This document shows, piece after piece, positions 1 through 13,980 of a stretch of 64,000 nt of DNA; the stretch's first letter is position 1, and every line of letters begins with the position of its first letter. The position numbers and the translations under genes were made by a program. The DNA comes from Felis catus (taxonomy: Eukaryota). The notes under the pieces were generated by a model, which did no database searches, was not told the origin of the DNA, and saw only the letters and a list, made by a program, of their open reading frames with translations. Where the stretch lies: positions 219,668,001 to 219,732,000 of the forward strand of contig NC_058368.1 of NCBI RefSeq assembly GCF_018350175.1. Direction: 5' to 3'.

Positions 1-1949
1 AAGTGGTGCAGTTTCTCTTGCATGTTGCCATCCAGCTTTCCCAACTTCATTTGTTGAAGAGACTGTCTTTTCCCATTGGATATTATTTTCAACTTTGTCA
101 AAGATTAATTGACCATATAGTTGTGGGTTTATTTCATGATTTTCTATTCTGTTCTATTGATCTATGTGTCTATTTTTGTGCTAGTATCCTACTGTTTTGA
201 TTGCTACAGCTTTGTAATATAAATTGAAGCCCAGAATTGTAATACCTCCAGCTTGCTTTTCTTTTTTAAGGTTGCTTTGTCTATTTCAGGTCTTTTGTGG
301 TTCCATAGAAATTTTACGATTATGTGTTAAAGCTCTGCTAAAACTGCTGGTGTTATTTTGGTAGGAACTGCATTAAATGTGTAAATTGTTTTGAGTAGTA
401 TAGACATTTTACCAATATTTGTTCTTCCAATCCATTAACATGGAATGTTTTTCCATTTCTTTGTGTCCTCTTCCATTTCTTTCATCAGTGTTTTACAGTT
501 GTCAGAGTATATGTCTTTTACATCTTTGGTTAGGTTTATTCCTAGGTATCTTATTGCTTTTGGTGCTATTGTGAATGGGATTGGTTCCTTAATTTCTCTT
601 TCTGTTGCTTCATTATTGGTGTATAGAAATTCAACAGATGTTTATACATTGATTTTGTAACCTCCAACTTCACTGAATTTGTTTATCAGGTCTAGCAGTG
701 TTTTGGTAGAGTCTTTTGGGTTTCCTATATAGAGGATCATGCCAATGAAAATACTGCAAATTTTACTTCTTTATGGATTTGGATGCCTTTTATTTCTTTT
801 TGTTGTCTGATCTCTGTGGCTAGGATTTCCAGTACTATGTTAAATAACAGTGGTGGGAGTGGACTTCCCTGTCTTGCTTCTGATCATAGAAGAAAAGCTC
901 TCAGTTTTTCCCCATTGAGGATGATATTATCTGTTGAGTTTTCGACATGACCTTTAGCAGTATGTTCCCTCTGGACCTTTGTTGAAGATTTTTATCATGA
1001 TAGATATTGCATTTTGTCAAATGCTTTTTCTGCATCTATTGAAATGATGACATGGTTCTTATCCTTTTTTTTTTATTATTAATGTGGCATATCAGCTTGA
1101 TTGATTTGTGAATATTGAACCACTCTTACACCCAGGAGTAAATTCCATTTGATTGTCGTGAATTATTCTTTTAATGCTTTGTTGGATTCAGTTTGCTAGC
1201 ATTTTATTGAGAATTTTTGCATCCATGTTCATCAGGGATACTGGCCTGTAGTTCTCTTTATCCGGTTTTGGTATTAGGGCAATTCTAGCCCCATAGAATG
1301 AATGTGAAAGTTTTCCTTTCTTTCATATTTTTTTGGAATAGTTTGAGAAGAATAGGTATTAACTATTCTTTAAATGTTATGCAGAATTTGCCTGTGAAGT
1401 CATCTGGCCCCAGGCTTTCGTTTATTGGGATATTTTTATTTATTTTTTTATTTTTTTCAACGTTTTTTATTTATTTTTGGGACAGAGAGAGACAGAGCAT
1501 GAGCGGGGGAGGGGCAGAGAGAGAGGGAGACACAGAATCCGAAACAGGCTCCAGGTTCCGAGCCATCAGCCCAGAGCCTGACGCCGGGCTCGAACTCACG
1601 GACCGCGAGATCGTGACCTGGCTGAAGTCGGACGCTTAACCGACTGCGCCACCCAGGCACCCCAGTTGGGATATTTTTAAATACTGTTTCAATTTCTTTG
1701 CTGATTATTGGTCTGCTTAAGTTTTCTATTTCTTCCTGTTTCAGTTTTGGGAGTTTATATGTTTCTAGAAATTGATTCAAATTTTCCAGGTTGTCCAATT
1801 TGTTGGCATATGGTTTTTCATAATATTCTCTTATGATTGTTTGCATTTCTGTGGTGTTGGTTGTTAATTCGGCTCTCTTATTTGTGATTTTATTTATTTG
1901 AGTCCTTTCTGCTTTCTTTTTCATAAGTCTGGCTAGAGGTTTATCAATT
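1..1949 (-). mobile_element. LINE-1 ORF2 segment (inverted part of a 5'-inverted carnivore L1), degenerate
   Basis: The minus strand translates to L1 ORF2 motifs (IDKPLARL...[26 protein letters not shown]) and is homologous to the + strand L1 at about 60540-62150. A SINE interrupts it and it runs off the window edge. Confidence 0.93.
1438..1663 (-). mobile_element. Young felid Can-SINE (SINEC_Fc-like)
   Basis: tRNA-like head, CT-rich tract and A tail; CpG-rich; TSD ttgggatattttt at 1425-1437 and 1666-1678. Confidence 0.95.
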
Positions 1950-3030
1950 AAAAAATGAGCAGAGGACATGAATAGATATTTTTCCAAAGAAGAAGACATA
2001 CCGATGGCCAACAGACACATGAAAAGATGATCAACATCGCTCATCACCAAGGAAATACAAACCAAAATTAAAATGAGATATCACCTTTCACCTGTCATAG
2101 TGGCTAAAATCAGCAACAAAAGAAACAACAAGTGTTGGCAAGGATGTGAGAAATGGAAACCCTCCTGCACTTTTGGTGGGGATGCAAACTGGTACAGCCA
2201 CTCTGGAAAACCATGTGGAGGTTCCCCAAAAAGTTAAAAATAGGGGTACCTGGATGGTTCAGTCGCTGAAGCACTGGATTCTAGGTATCAGCTCAGGTCA
2301 TGATCTCATGGTCATGAGATCAAGCCCTGTGTTGGGCTCCGGGCTGAATGTGGAAACTCCTTGGGATTTTCTCTGTCCCTCTCTCTCTGCCCTTCTCCAC
2401 CTCAAAAATAAATAAATAGACGTTTTTTTAAAAAGTTAAAAATAGAATTGCCCTATCATCCAGCAACTGTACTATCAGGTGTTTACACAAAGAATACAAA
2501 AATACTAATTCAAAGGGATGTGTTTACCCCAATGTTTATAGCAGCATTATCTACAATATCCAAATTATGGAAATAGCCCAAATATCCATCAACTGATGAA
2601 TGGATAAAGAAGAAGTGAGTATATGTATAATGGAATATTAGACACAAAGAAGAATGAAACATTGCCATTTGCAGCAACATGAATGGAGCTAGAGAGTATT
2701 ATGCTAAGCAAAATAAGTCAGAGAAAGACAAATACTAAATGATTTCATTCATATGTGGAATTTAAAAAACAAAACAAATGAGCACAGGGGTAAAAAAGAG
2801 AGAGGCAAGCAAGAAGCGGCCTCTCAACTATAGAGAAGAAACTGGTGGTTACCAGAAGGGAGGTGGGTCGGGGATTGGGTTAAATAGATGATGGAGAATT
2901 AAAGAGTGCGCTTGTTGTGATGGGCACCAGGTGTTTCATGAAAGTGTTTCAATCACTAAACTGTAGACCTGGAACTAATATTACACTGTATGCTAATTAA
3001 TTAGAATTCTATAAATACTTAAAAATTAAG
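1945..3030 (+). mobile_element. LINE-1 3' end (ORF2 C-terminus plus 3'UTR)
   Basis: aaaaatgagcagaggacatgaatagat...tgatgaatggataaagaag..., then a G-rich 3'UTR and an A-rich end. Confidence 0.92.
2243..2430 (+). mobile_element. Can-SINE inside L1
   Basis: ggggtacctggatggttcagtc head; TSD aaaagttaaaaatag on both sides. Confidence 0.92.
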
Positions 3031-3697
3031 GGCAAAAAATACTTGTACCAAATGTAAAATAAATGAAGTACTAGAAATTCTTCATAAGAACCCATTAAGA
3101 AATACAAAGCACATATTTTTCTTTTTCTAATTGTACAGTCAATTTAAAAACAAATGAGTAGTATATTGTTCATAAAATGTAGACCATGGTGGTGAGAAAC
3201 TTGAAACCAGAGGAACTTTCATTTCAATTAGTCATGAGCTGCCTGAGAAGTCTTGCTTGGTTGGAACGATGGCTTTGTCTCCCTTTAGGTCTGTACTGTT
3301 AGGGAACAGGAATTACTGTCTAAGATGCTGCATACAGTGCCAGTTCCAATACACCAAGAGCAGAGCAGCTGTAAATTTCAGGAAATCTATTCTCTGGCAC
3401 CGTGGGGAAAAGTTACAATAAGGCTGATGAAGGTTAAACAGACCATATATTTTAGTTCAGGCTACAAATCTATAGTAAGCTCAAGCCAATAAAAACAGGT
3501 AATGTCTCCAATTGAAAAGAAAAAAAATACAAAAGCCTGTTTAGGGTTATTGTAGAAGATAAAATCTTTTAAAAAAAGTGATGGAATCTTGGCTTAATGA
3601 GAATTTATTTTCTTTTGCATTTGTTGTATCTGGATCCATTTATTCTGTGTAAATTTTTTAACATTTCTGTTTGTCTACCTGTAACTGTGTTTTATTT

Positions 3698-3906
3698 AAA
3701 ACATTTTTTTTGGTGTTTATTTATTTTAGAGACAGGGAGACAGAGCACAAGCTGGGGAGGGGCAGAGAGAGTAGGAGACTCTGAAGCAGGCTGCAGGCTC
3801 TGAGCTGTCAGCACAGAGCCCGACGTGGGGCTTGAACCCACGAACCGTGAGATCATGACCTGAGCTGAAGTTGGATACTTAACCCACTGAGCCACCCAGG
3901 CGCCCC
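3698..3906 (-). mobile_element. Can-SINE
   Basis: Typical body; TSD actgtgttttattt at 3684-3697 and 3907-3920. Confidence 0.95.
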
Positions 3907-6900
3907 ACTGTGTTTTATTTTTTTAAGGAAAATAAAGACCCTTTGAAAAATGATTGAGCTTAGTGCTTTCTTGGTTTACAACATCTATACCAGTAGTTTA
4001 CATGTAGTGGTCACAAGATACCTCAATGGTGATAAATGGCATCTGTTGAAAAAATATGATTACTAAATTAAATGAAAGGTCAACAGTGCAGAAGAAACCT
4101 CCCTCTGATATTCTGGCAATGGAGAAGAAGCAGGAGCACTTATGAAAAAAAAAAACATATGATAGAAAGCTGCTACAGAGAAGATACTGATCACCATTTA
4201 GTGTTAATTAATTGATACATGTAATGTTAGAGAGGGACTATCTTTCCTATTCTATTCAATTCATATTGTTATTCAGGATGTCAGCTCAACTTCTATTTTC
4301 TCTTAGTTGATTCTCAAATATTTCGATTTATATTTGTTTTCGGAACACAATCCTCCAAGGTACTTTGACATGTTTTGTGATAGCTTTTGTTCCCAACTCT
4401 ATTTTCAAGGATTTTTGTATAGCAGAAAAGCTTGAAAGACAGAAATCATGTCTCCCATTGAGGACAGGAGGTGGGTATGTTTCCTGATGAGTCTGATAAA
4501 AATGATGTCTCCATCTGGGGCAAAGTTTGGTCACGTTTGTTAAGAAGCCTCTCAAAAACAAAAATAACAATGACAACAACAACAAATGATTTTCTTCAGC
4601 TTGGACTTCCTCCATTCTTGCAAAAATCCACTGTATGTGCAGTGTACAATTGGGCCCGCTTCCGGATTGCCTCGGTGGATCTTGGCAGGCCAGTGGAAAC
4701 CAATACAAATATAGAATCATGCTGTCTACTGTTAGTGAATAGTATAGCTCTTTATTTGTGGCCCAAGAGTCTCAGGTCCTCTGCCAGAGTCTGTGGAACT
4801 GTGGTAGATTAATTTCACAGTTCTCTACACTTGTAATGGTGTATTCTTTTTGTGATTATTCATTTAGAAAAAGGGCAAAAGGAGAGCACATACAGAGTTT
4901 TTTTTATAGCCTGAAACCCAATGATAAAAGGCAGAAGAAATAGTCTCTTGAATGTGACCAGAAAATGTTTATTTTAAATATTTCAAAATTTTCTCTTTGA
5001 GAAAGAAAAGTGTATTTATTCATTCATTTATTTATTTAAATTTATTTTGTTTTTCAATAACTAGTTACTTTGGATAAAAGACCTAATCAAAATATCTACT
5101 TTTTATGGGACGATGTTTGTCAATGGCCAAAGATGAATACACTTCTGTTTTTGTAATAAGGTGAGTAATGTACTTTACTATGGGAAAACTACACTAAAAG
5201 TAAATTGTGATCATTTGCAGGGATTGCTACAGACCCCACTGTTTCAGATGACATCTTAAGATAAACATTCCCCACTTATTTCCCCATTTTAAGCAACGGG
5301 GGAAAAGTTCCCAGCGTTGGTCAAAACCACTGTTAAATAGTCATCATGAACGTCTCCTTTGTCCCTAGTCACATTCATCATGAAGGTGAATGTCCAGATC
5401 ATGGAAGCTTCCTGCTCTGCAGAAACTCATAACCATTTGGTTTGATGTTAGTTTATTTCCTTCTTTAGACACTGTACACAGCAAAAAAATTCCAACCCCT
5501 TCATTGTTTCAGAACCTGGTATTGAGTGATCATGCCTATTGCCATATTTTTGGGGGCTAGGGAAAATTCCTCAAGATGGTTCTGTATCTAATAAACATTA
5601 GATATGCTAAAATATTGCATCAATGTTTCTGACTATTTCTTCTGTCTCTTCTTTCTTCTGGTCTCTTTTATTCTGTTAAAAGATACCAGAGACATTTTAT
5701 ACTGAAAGGGTCATATATACAATTAAAATTTGTAAATTCTCTTGCAAAGTCTAAATTCACAGTGGTTTCTGATGAGCAGCAGCTTATGTTGTGTTCTATA
5801 TTGTAGCCAGTAGAACCTAGTGATTTTTTTTTTTAATGTATCACATTGTCTTGCCTACTCTTGTGTATAGTGTGATTTATATTGAGTGGACCTAGAACAC
5901 TATGTATATTTATGATCAAGGTTCCCCTTCTTGATTATTTCTCATAATTAACCAGTAAAATGATTGTTCTATAATTCATCTTTATATGTTAATCTTATTT
6001 CAGCCCATAATCAAAGAAATCTCCTATTTACCAAAATACAAATATATGAGACAGCCAACAACTCATTTTTGTACAGTGAAGCTAAGTAAAGATTCTGTGA
6101 CAGAATTTTCAACTCTTTTTAACTCATCTTGAGTATTTAAATTTGTTTCTGAACCTTAAATATATTTCTTTCCTCTCCAACCAAAATGAGATAAATGTCA
6201 GCTTTTGGATTTGATTTAAATTTACACCAACCTTTTTCATCTCAAATGCACACATCTCATCTGTGACTGCTTATCACTGAGATGACTGAAGGCAATTGCT
6301 TTAAGTGCCTAACTCAATATATCTACATCCATCTGTAGAACTTCAGTGCCACACTCATATATCACCATGCTCCATGCTTCTGTGATTCTTTCTATGGAGA
6401 ATATAAGTCTCATGAGATGAGCACTTGGCATTTGTCTTGAATCACTGTGTTAACCTAACCCCACTGCCTTTCTCTTACAAGACTGGATGAAGAAATTATA
6501 GTCAAGTGTGAAAACTGAAGACTCAGGAAAAGAATAAAGAAATATTGAATATCTGTTTCATGAATGAAAGCTAATATGCACTTTTGAAGAAAAAATAACA
6601 TTTGGGCAGTTGATTCCCTTAACTATTAAAATATTTTTTGGTCTGCTAATCGCCTTTCTTGTTCCTCAACCACAGCACCCATTATAATTTGTACATTTAA
6701 CTTTTATTTATTAAAATATAAAATGGCAAGAATGAACAAAATAAATAATGACCAACGTTCTCTTAGAATAGCATCAATTTTAATGTGTGAAATTTAAATA
6801 TGAATGTCAAAACAGTTTTCACTTTAACAGTATTATGGATTAACATTGCCACAGTAATCTGGAAGTCTGGAAGGTTTTTTTGTTTTTGTTTTTGTTTGTT

Positions 6901-7838
6901 TGTTTGTTTGTTTTTGTCTAAGGTAACCATATCAAATTTAAACTTGTCAAATTCCTCCCTATACACAGAAATTTTACAACACTTTGAGTGGTCTGCAGAG
7001 TAAATATAGATTCTGATTCAGACTAGAAATAAGCAAAAAAATATTTAAAATGTTTTTATCTCATTTCCTCAATAAATTCCAGTAATCCTCTATGAAAATG
7101 TTGCCTAATAGCCTAAAAATACTGAACAAAATAATGTGCTTACGCAACATCATTATTTGTTGTTTTAACAAGAATTGGATTAGCTTAATATCCGCTGAAG
7201 CAAACCAAATACTAATTTCAAAGTTGGAGAGTATTTTCATAAATTTCATCCTTTGAAATTATTTTTATATGACTAAATTGAGTGTAAACATAGGTCACTA
7301 AATTTCCAAGTAAGATAACATTTACTGCTATGTTACATGCTGAACTATTTCCAGACATGGTTTGTTACCATACTATCATTAAGTGATATCCTGGTACTGG
7401 TCTTAGTTAAACATAACAATATTTTTACCTTCAAGGTCGCAGGACCAGGATACATTGGCAGTTGCATGAGGGGAGGAGGGAAATCCAGTGACTCTGCCTG
7501 TACAAGCATGGAGGCAGTTGAGAAACCTCCCTCCAGCACCCCACGCCTTGAACTCAGGAGAGACCAACGTCCAGGACTTTAGTTCTGGGGATTAGAGTGG
7601 ATCTGCAAGTGCCCACCAGAGTTGGGGATGGCAACTTCAATTCACAAGCAGTGAACTCGCTTCTCTATTTCTTTCTTTCAGCTGTGCACTGTTTTCATCA
7701 GTAAAATACACAGTAGTTATTCTCAGGTCACATGTTTTGATAAGACTCTGCTTCTTAGCCTTCAGTTAGTTGACCTGCAACAGCTCTAAAGGAAATGGAA
7801 ATCCATTTTCCTTGTTACTTTGTAAACGATTTGTCTTT

Positions 7839-7841
<3 letters not shown>

Positions 7842-7872
<31 letters not shown>
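7842..7872. repeat. (TA)n microsatellite
   Basis: Read directly. Confidence 0.95.
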
Positions 7873-7875
<3 letters not shown>

Positions 7876-7959
7876 AAACATATATTACATTGTATACAAT
7901 AGTGTATTTTATACACACACATACATAGCTACACATTCCTTTACTAAAGAAAATACTAT

Positions 7960-8400
7960 GGCGAGGGTGAAAAATAGATACAAAGAGCCATAATACAAAG
8001 CAGTGTGTAATCAGAATCAGTAGTTACAAAGTGGATGCAAATAAAAGTTGGAAGTGTCCTTGAGGCATTTGGTAGGGACTCAATTTTGGCCTGGGATGGA
8101 ACTGAGCTAGCATTCTAGGGAGAGGAAAACAGGAGAAGCAGAATGCTTGGGCAGGAAAACGTACAGCACCTTATAGGATTATAGAGAAATCTGCTGTTAA
8201 TGGAGCACAATTTACATTTATATTAGTTCTCAAAGGTGGAAGCTCTCGAAAGCCCTGCAGAGAAATCAAGATGTTATCCTAAGGGAGGAAGGGGGAGCTT
8301 AGGAAAGGTTCTGAACAGAACCATGGTTTAAGTAGAACTATATATTAGGAAGTAGCGTTTGTGATGAACTGAAGAGAATAATGAAGACTAGAGGAGTTAC
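7960..8400 (-). mobile_element. Probable LINE-2 relic
   Basis: Purine-rich degenerate sequence resembling antisense L2 (ctagcattctaggggagagg..., ttatcctaagggagg...ggttctgaacag). Confidence 0.45.
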
Positions 8401-8639
8401 AGAAACCATTGCAGAAGTCCAGGTAAGAAAGGAAGAGGCATCTGAAAACAAAACTTGTTAGAAAATGCAGAGGAAAGGACGCTTTGAGAGGGCACTGACT
8501 TCGTTAAAGTTTGCTTTGAGTGAAAGAAGCTACCAGAAACATATACTGATTTTAAGTCAATGTGTGCATAAAAACAATACTTCAAAATTATAAAGCATTA
8601 TAAAGCATTAATTGATATAACTAAAAAAATATCCTAACC

Positions 8640-9830
8640 TATAGTAATAACAGGGGACACTAATTCTCACTAACTTGTAGATCCAGCAGGCAAAAATAAT
8701 CAGTAATAATATAGATTTGCACAATGCAGCTAATAAACTTGAACTACATTTCAGGTGTAAAACATTGTGCCCAACATCAACAGAATGTACATTATTTTCA
8801 TGTGAAAATGAAATATCTCCTCAAATTGATCAGATGGTAGATTATTATACATTTGTTTTTGAGATTCAATATATTTCAAAGTTTTAAAATCACTTCAGAT
8901 GTTCTCTAATCACTGTGGATTTAATAATTAGTAGATATTTTCTGTTTTAAAATAAAGTGTTGAATCAAAGAAAAAAAATCACAAAAGAAATTGAAAATAA
9001 TTTGAACTGCCTGGTCATAAAGAAATGATAAAGGATGCAGGCCAAGTAAAGTAGTGTTTAACTAGAAGCTTATAGCCATAAATGTGTATATTAAAAAGGA
9101 AGAAAGACTAAAAACGAATGATTTAACATTCTTTTATAAAAGTAGAAATAATCAAACTCAAAGCAGAAATAATCAAAAATAAAAATGATCAAATAAGCAA
9201 CAACAAAAACCAGGCATATGGTCGAGAAAAATCAAAACAAAAATTCCATTCTTCGAAAAGATTAAAAAACTCAGTTAAGTCTCACATACTACTGTTGGCA
9301 AAATCTGCTAAAGCTGAGCCTATTAATTCACCAATTCTAATTCTATGCTTATATGACACCCCCCAAACAAATGTAAACACATGTTCACCAAAAGACTTGA
9401 ATCTAAATATTCATAGGAGTCTGTTCTTAATATCTCCAATCTGGAAATTGACAATTGTCCATCAACTACAGGGTGGATAAGTAAACTGTACTGTATTCAT
9501 ATAATTAAATATCTTCCAGAACTGCACAATAATTTAGATGTATCTCACCAATATAATGTTGAACAAACAACCCTGAACACAAAGGTATGCATCATGCATC
9601 ATTCCACTTATCTGAAGTTGAAAAGCCACACAAAACTAAACTCTATTGTTTAAGGAAGAATAGAAACCTCAATGAGCTGGAGATTAACCCTGAGGAGGAA
9701 GCCAAGGGGATTCCCTGGGAGATTGGTAATGTTGTGTCTAAGTGCTGGTTATAATGGTAGGTTCACTTTGTGAAACTTTTACATGTTCACTTTTCTGTAG
9801 ACATTTTATAATTTAATACATTTAGTGAAA
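8640..9830 (+). mobile_element. Ancient L1 (L1M/L1ME-like): ORF2 5' part joined to a 3' end
   Basis: cccaacatcaacagaatgtacattattttca resembles the endonuclease region; ttgtccatcaactacagggtggataagtaaactgt and attccacttatctgaagtt resemble the 3' end. Confidence 0.7.
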
Positions 9831-10214
9831 GCATATAAATCAATCACATTTAATGTAATATTTGTATATATACTCCACTGTGGTCAAATATAGTATTCAT
9901 GTTCAGTTGAAAGCCATAGTATTAAATTTTCTAAATATACCTGCTTTGTCTTCTGAAGTTGGAGATGTTGCCTCCAGAATAAAAGCAAACACAACATTTA
10001 AAAGTGACATGATGATCCTAATATGAAGTCATATGATAGAGCACAGTTCTTTATTAGATAAGCATGGCAAAGATTCTTTTGTGCTAAAACAAACCCAAGT
10101 ATGAAAGGTAATTTGGTGTAGATAAGTTATTGGGCAAAAAAATGAGAGAAAATACTAACACTTTTAAAAATAGTTTATTTCAAAAAGGCAGCACTTTTAT
10201 GTTTGAAATCCTTT

Positions 10215-10434
10215 AAATTTTTTTTTTAATGTTTATTCATTTTTGAGAGACAGAAAGAGAGACAGAGCACGAGTCAGGGAGGGGCAGAGAGAGAGAGAGA
10301 GGGAGACACAGAATCTGAAGAAATCTCCAGACTCTGAACTGTCAGCACAGCCTGTCGCAGGGCTGGAACCCATGAACCCCTAGATCATGACCTGATCTGA
10401 AGTCAGACGCTCCAACTGAGCCACCAGATGCCCC
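10215..10434 (-). mobile_element. Can-SINE
   Basis: Typical body; flanking direct repeat tatgtttg. Confidence 0.92.
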
Positions 10435-10840
10435 TATGTTTGCAATGGGACACATACCATCAAATGATGTTTATTAAATATTTTTTAGTGCTGCTGGATT
10501 TAACATGCTAAAATTTAATTTAGTGAAATATTATTTGAGGGCATATATTTATATCATCTGTGTGAGATAAATGAAAACTCCAAAGATAAAAATGGCACTT
10601 CTTTAAAACAAGAGAGACCAACACATGGCCCTTGATATGAAACTTTTCCATGCCGGTCCAACCAGCTAAATAAAACCCCACAAGAACCATAAAAGCTGCT
10701 TCCTGAACTTACATGGAGAAGTAAGCAGTATGAACAATGGAAATCATGAAAATGCACTGCTCAACTCTCATGTTATAGAATTCTAAATGACTGCTGATCC
10801 TCTGTTTCCACAACTATGTTTGGACCATGGCAACATTTCC

Positions 10841-11691
10841 TGTAGACCGCCACGACCAAGAATGGCAAATGCATTAAGGCCTTTTACAAAGAGAAGCAAG
10901 ATAAGGTTTTTTGTTTGTTCGGTTTGTTTTTGTTTTTTTAGGTTTTGTGTGTGTGTGTACATGTGTGTGTGTGTGTGTGTGTTAAGTTTATTTATTTATT
11001 TTTAAAGAGATAGAGAGCCAGTTGGGGGGGGGAGCAGAAAGAGATGGAGAGAGACAATACCAAGCAGGCTCCATGCTGTCAGCATAGGGGCTCAATCCCA
11101 CGAACTGTGAGATAATGACCTGAGCCAAAGTCAAGAGTAGGACTCTTAACTGACCAAGCCACCCAGGTGCCCCAGAGAAGCAGGATCACTTTCATGGACA
11201 ACCTTGGCAGGGGGCTACTAGTTCATCTGTGTTTGCCTATCAGTCTTACCCAAAAGAAAAGTACATTTTCCTACCTTTATGACAGGGGATACTTTTACAA
11301 GTTGAAGCAAGGTGTCTATGGAGGTTGGGTATCTTTCCCTGCTCAGACTAAGAGGCACTTTAGCTTCCTTCAGGATTACACTTCAAAGGGGATGGCCCTC
11401 AAGTCCATGAGAAAGATAGTCTAGGATTGTAAAAGAGGCAAGAGACTATTAAAAATATTTACAACTCAAAGGAGCAAGCAAAGAAGTTACAAAGACATAT
11501 TTTCTAAAGTGAATGCTCTAAGAAGGAGAGAAGGGGCCTCTGTTTTTAGGCCATTTGAATTCTCTAAGGGCCATGGCTGTCTGTAGGAAATGTGACCATG
11601 GCCTGAACTTAATTGTGATGACAGAAGGGGACCACGTACCTAGAGGCTGGTCTAAAGTTTAGCTGAAGGGAATGTAAGGGCATCTTGGACA
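10841..11691 (-). mobile_element. ERV1-class solo LTR (MER67-like) interrupted by a SINE
   Basis: The minus strand begins tgtccaagatgcccttacattcccttcagctaaactttagac and contains cttagagcattcactttagaaaa and gagggccatccctttgaagtgtaatc, as I recall in MER67; TG...CA ends. Confidence 0.65.
10905..11173 (-). mobile_element. Can-SINE with (TG)n in its tail
   Basis: Typical body; flanking repeat agagaagca(a/g)gat. Confidence 0.88.
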
Positions 11692-12126
11692 TGTCTCCAC
11701 TTCCTGCTCCCCCTCTCATCTCTTAGGTAGGTACATCCCATTTTCAATTCTCTTCTCAGTGGACCCAAACTAACACAACATACTATGTATCTCTCTAATG
11801 AAATAAACTGTGTAGCTTACTTAAAATAATATCTGCCATGCACAATATGAGAGTATCAGAGGGTGTGCTGACACATAAATGGCTTGTTTGAATAAAAACA
11901 CTGGCTCCAGACTGGCACAGTTAATGCTTCAGGGCATGAGCTTATTGAACACGGGTACTAGATTTCAGTTCTCCTATAGTCCCTTTATCCTGGATTCCTT
12001 GGTTAGAACAAAAGTCATTAGTTTTGACTATTACTATTATCTGCATTGCCACTATTCCACACCACTGTCTTATCTTGTCAATTGCAGTGGTCTTGCAGCT
12101 TCATTCTTCTTATTTTTTGAGTGGAA

Positions 12127-12127
<1 letters not shown>

Positions 12128-12165
<38 letters not shown>
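12128..12165. repeat. (CA)n microsatellite
   Basis: Read directly. Confidence 0.95.
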
Positions 12166-12169
<4 letters not shown>

Positions 12170-12584
12170 ACCTGGACAGAAACATAGTCTTTTAAAAAAG
12201 TCACTGCAGGTATTCCCTTAAGGTTTTAGTAGGATTTAAACAAAGGTGATTCTAAAGATAAATATTGTATTTACCATAAAAAGCATATGTTCAACTAGGT
12301 ATATACTCTATTGATTATGTATTACCATGTAAGTAACATAGTCATGAAAAATTATAACTTCTCTCAATATTTGTATGATTTTGTAGATTTTATTTTTAAG
12401 AACTTCATTTAACCCACTATGATAGGAATAATGACTTACATTAACTGCTAAACCTTTAGTTAATCACTGGCATGCTTTCAATTATTTGAATATATTGGGC
12501 ATGAATAATTAATTTCTTCAGTTCTCATTTTAATATTTTTCATTATTGAGCCTGCAGAATTTCCCCACCTTCACCCACAACATA

Positions 12585-12585
<1 letters not shown>

Positions 12586-12622
<37 letters not shown>
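12586..12622. repeat. (CA)n microsatellite
   Basis: Read directly. Confidence 0.95.
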
Positions 12623-12623
<1 letters not shown>

Positions 12624-12744
12624 AGCAAAGCCATTCCTAGCATACTTTTTTTTTTCCCCTCTCTCGCTGTTTTATGTAGTCTTAGGGGAAACTTGAAAGG
12701 AACTCATTTTATTTCGGACCTATAAACCAGTAACTAGCCTTAAA

Positions 12745-12935
12745 ATCTCACATATGTCATCTCATTTAATCCTGCCAACACACTGTGCGGTTGGCATTAC
12801 CATTCATATTGGTAAAGACATTCAAAGCTAAATTTGGGAAGAAAAAACTTACTCAGGTTCTCAATTAGAAAATTGTAGAACCAGGAATTAAGTTCAGCCT
12901 GTCTGACTTCAAAGGCTATGGCTTTCCATTCTATG
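12745..12935 (-). mobile_element. MIR
   Basis: atctcatttaatcct...aacttactcaggttctcaattag...ccaggaattaagttcagcctgtctgacttcaaag matches the MIR core. Confidence 0.75.
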
Positions 12936-13980
12936 ACTATCTTCTTTTTCATTATACTATTAAAGTCGTCAACCAATGAATGCATATAAACTTAGTAGTA
13001 TATATTAGAGTGACATGTTTATATATTTTATTAGCATTAAAATAAGCTAATGGGTATTGCCATATTACTGAGATATATATTGCATAGACTTAATGGTTAT
13101 TGCAATATTAATAAGATATGAAAGAGAATTTTTGTGGTGGTGATTGCAATTTTAAGAAGATGTATGAGGAAGTTTATAGGCTACAAAAAATAAACATGCT
13201 GAAGGAAAACACTGTCATAATGCATATTCTAAGAGTAGCACAGCTTGAATGGTTATGGATTACAAAAGTAATTCCACTGGAAAGTTTTAATGTCTGTTAA
13301 ATGTAAAGTTAAAATGATATAGGGAAGGCACACTTAAATGATCTCCCTGTCTTCAGGCTCCCCCTGCTTCAGTCCATCTACTAGAATTGTCTCCTTCCTA
13401 ACATACAATTTTGATTTCATTAAATAAGTTTTTCCAAGTTGTATCAGTTTCATTTCCGTCAACATTGACAGGAGAATAAAGGCCATTTCTGTAAACTGGG
13501 TTAATAAGCCATTCATGACCTGACTCTTGCCTACATTTCTCCTGTTCAATCCTACATTGCTTCTGTTTTGAACAAATTTGATTTACTAACTGTGCATAAA
13601 CCCTAGTTACATATTCTCTTCTCCTAAGTTGTCAATCGTAGTCCATCCATAAAAATTTCTTCTGTGTGCTTTTAAGCCATTCAAATTACCAACTTGCTAA
13701 CATCCTATTCCAGGTTTATCTCACCAATATACTTATGTTACAAATATTTTCTAAGTACTATTTGAAGTAGTACTTTTTTAGTACACATTTTAATTGTGTA
13801 TTCCTTAGATATAGAAACAATTGACTTTTCTACAATAAATATATGTGGGACTCTTTGGTTATATTTTACGGTTTGCAGATTGTATCCAACATGCTGACAA
13901 CATAATCTGCAAAGAGATCAGCTTTGGTTATTTCTTAATAATCCTTAGGCGTGCCATTAGGGTATACAGGCATACCTTGT

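Noticed and set aside
1457..2065. Longest ORF in the window (202 aa)
   Set aside because: It is a chance fusion of an antisense L1 3' segment, an L1 ORF2 fragment and a SINE across the inversion junction, not a gene.
4328..4812. Overlapping 130-aa and 113-aa ORFs in non-repeat DNA
   Set aside because: No recognisable domain or convincing exon structure; consistent with chance.
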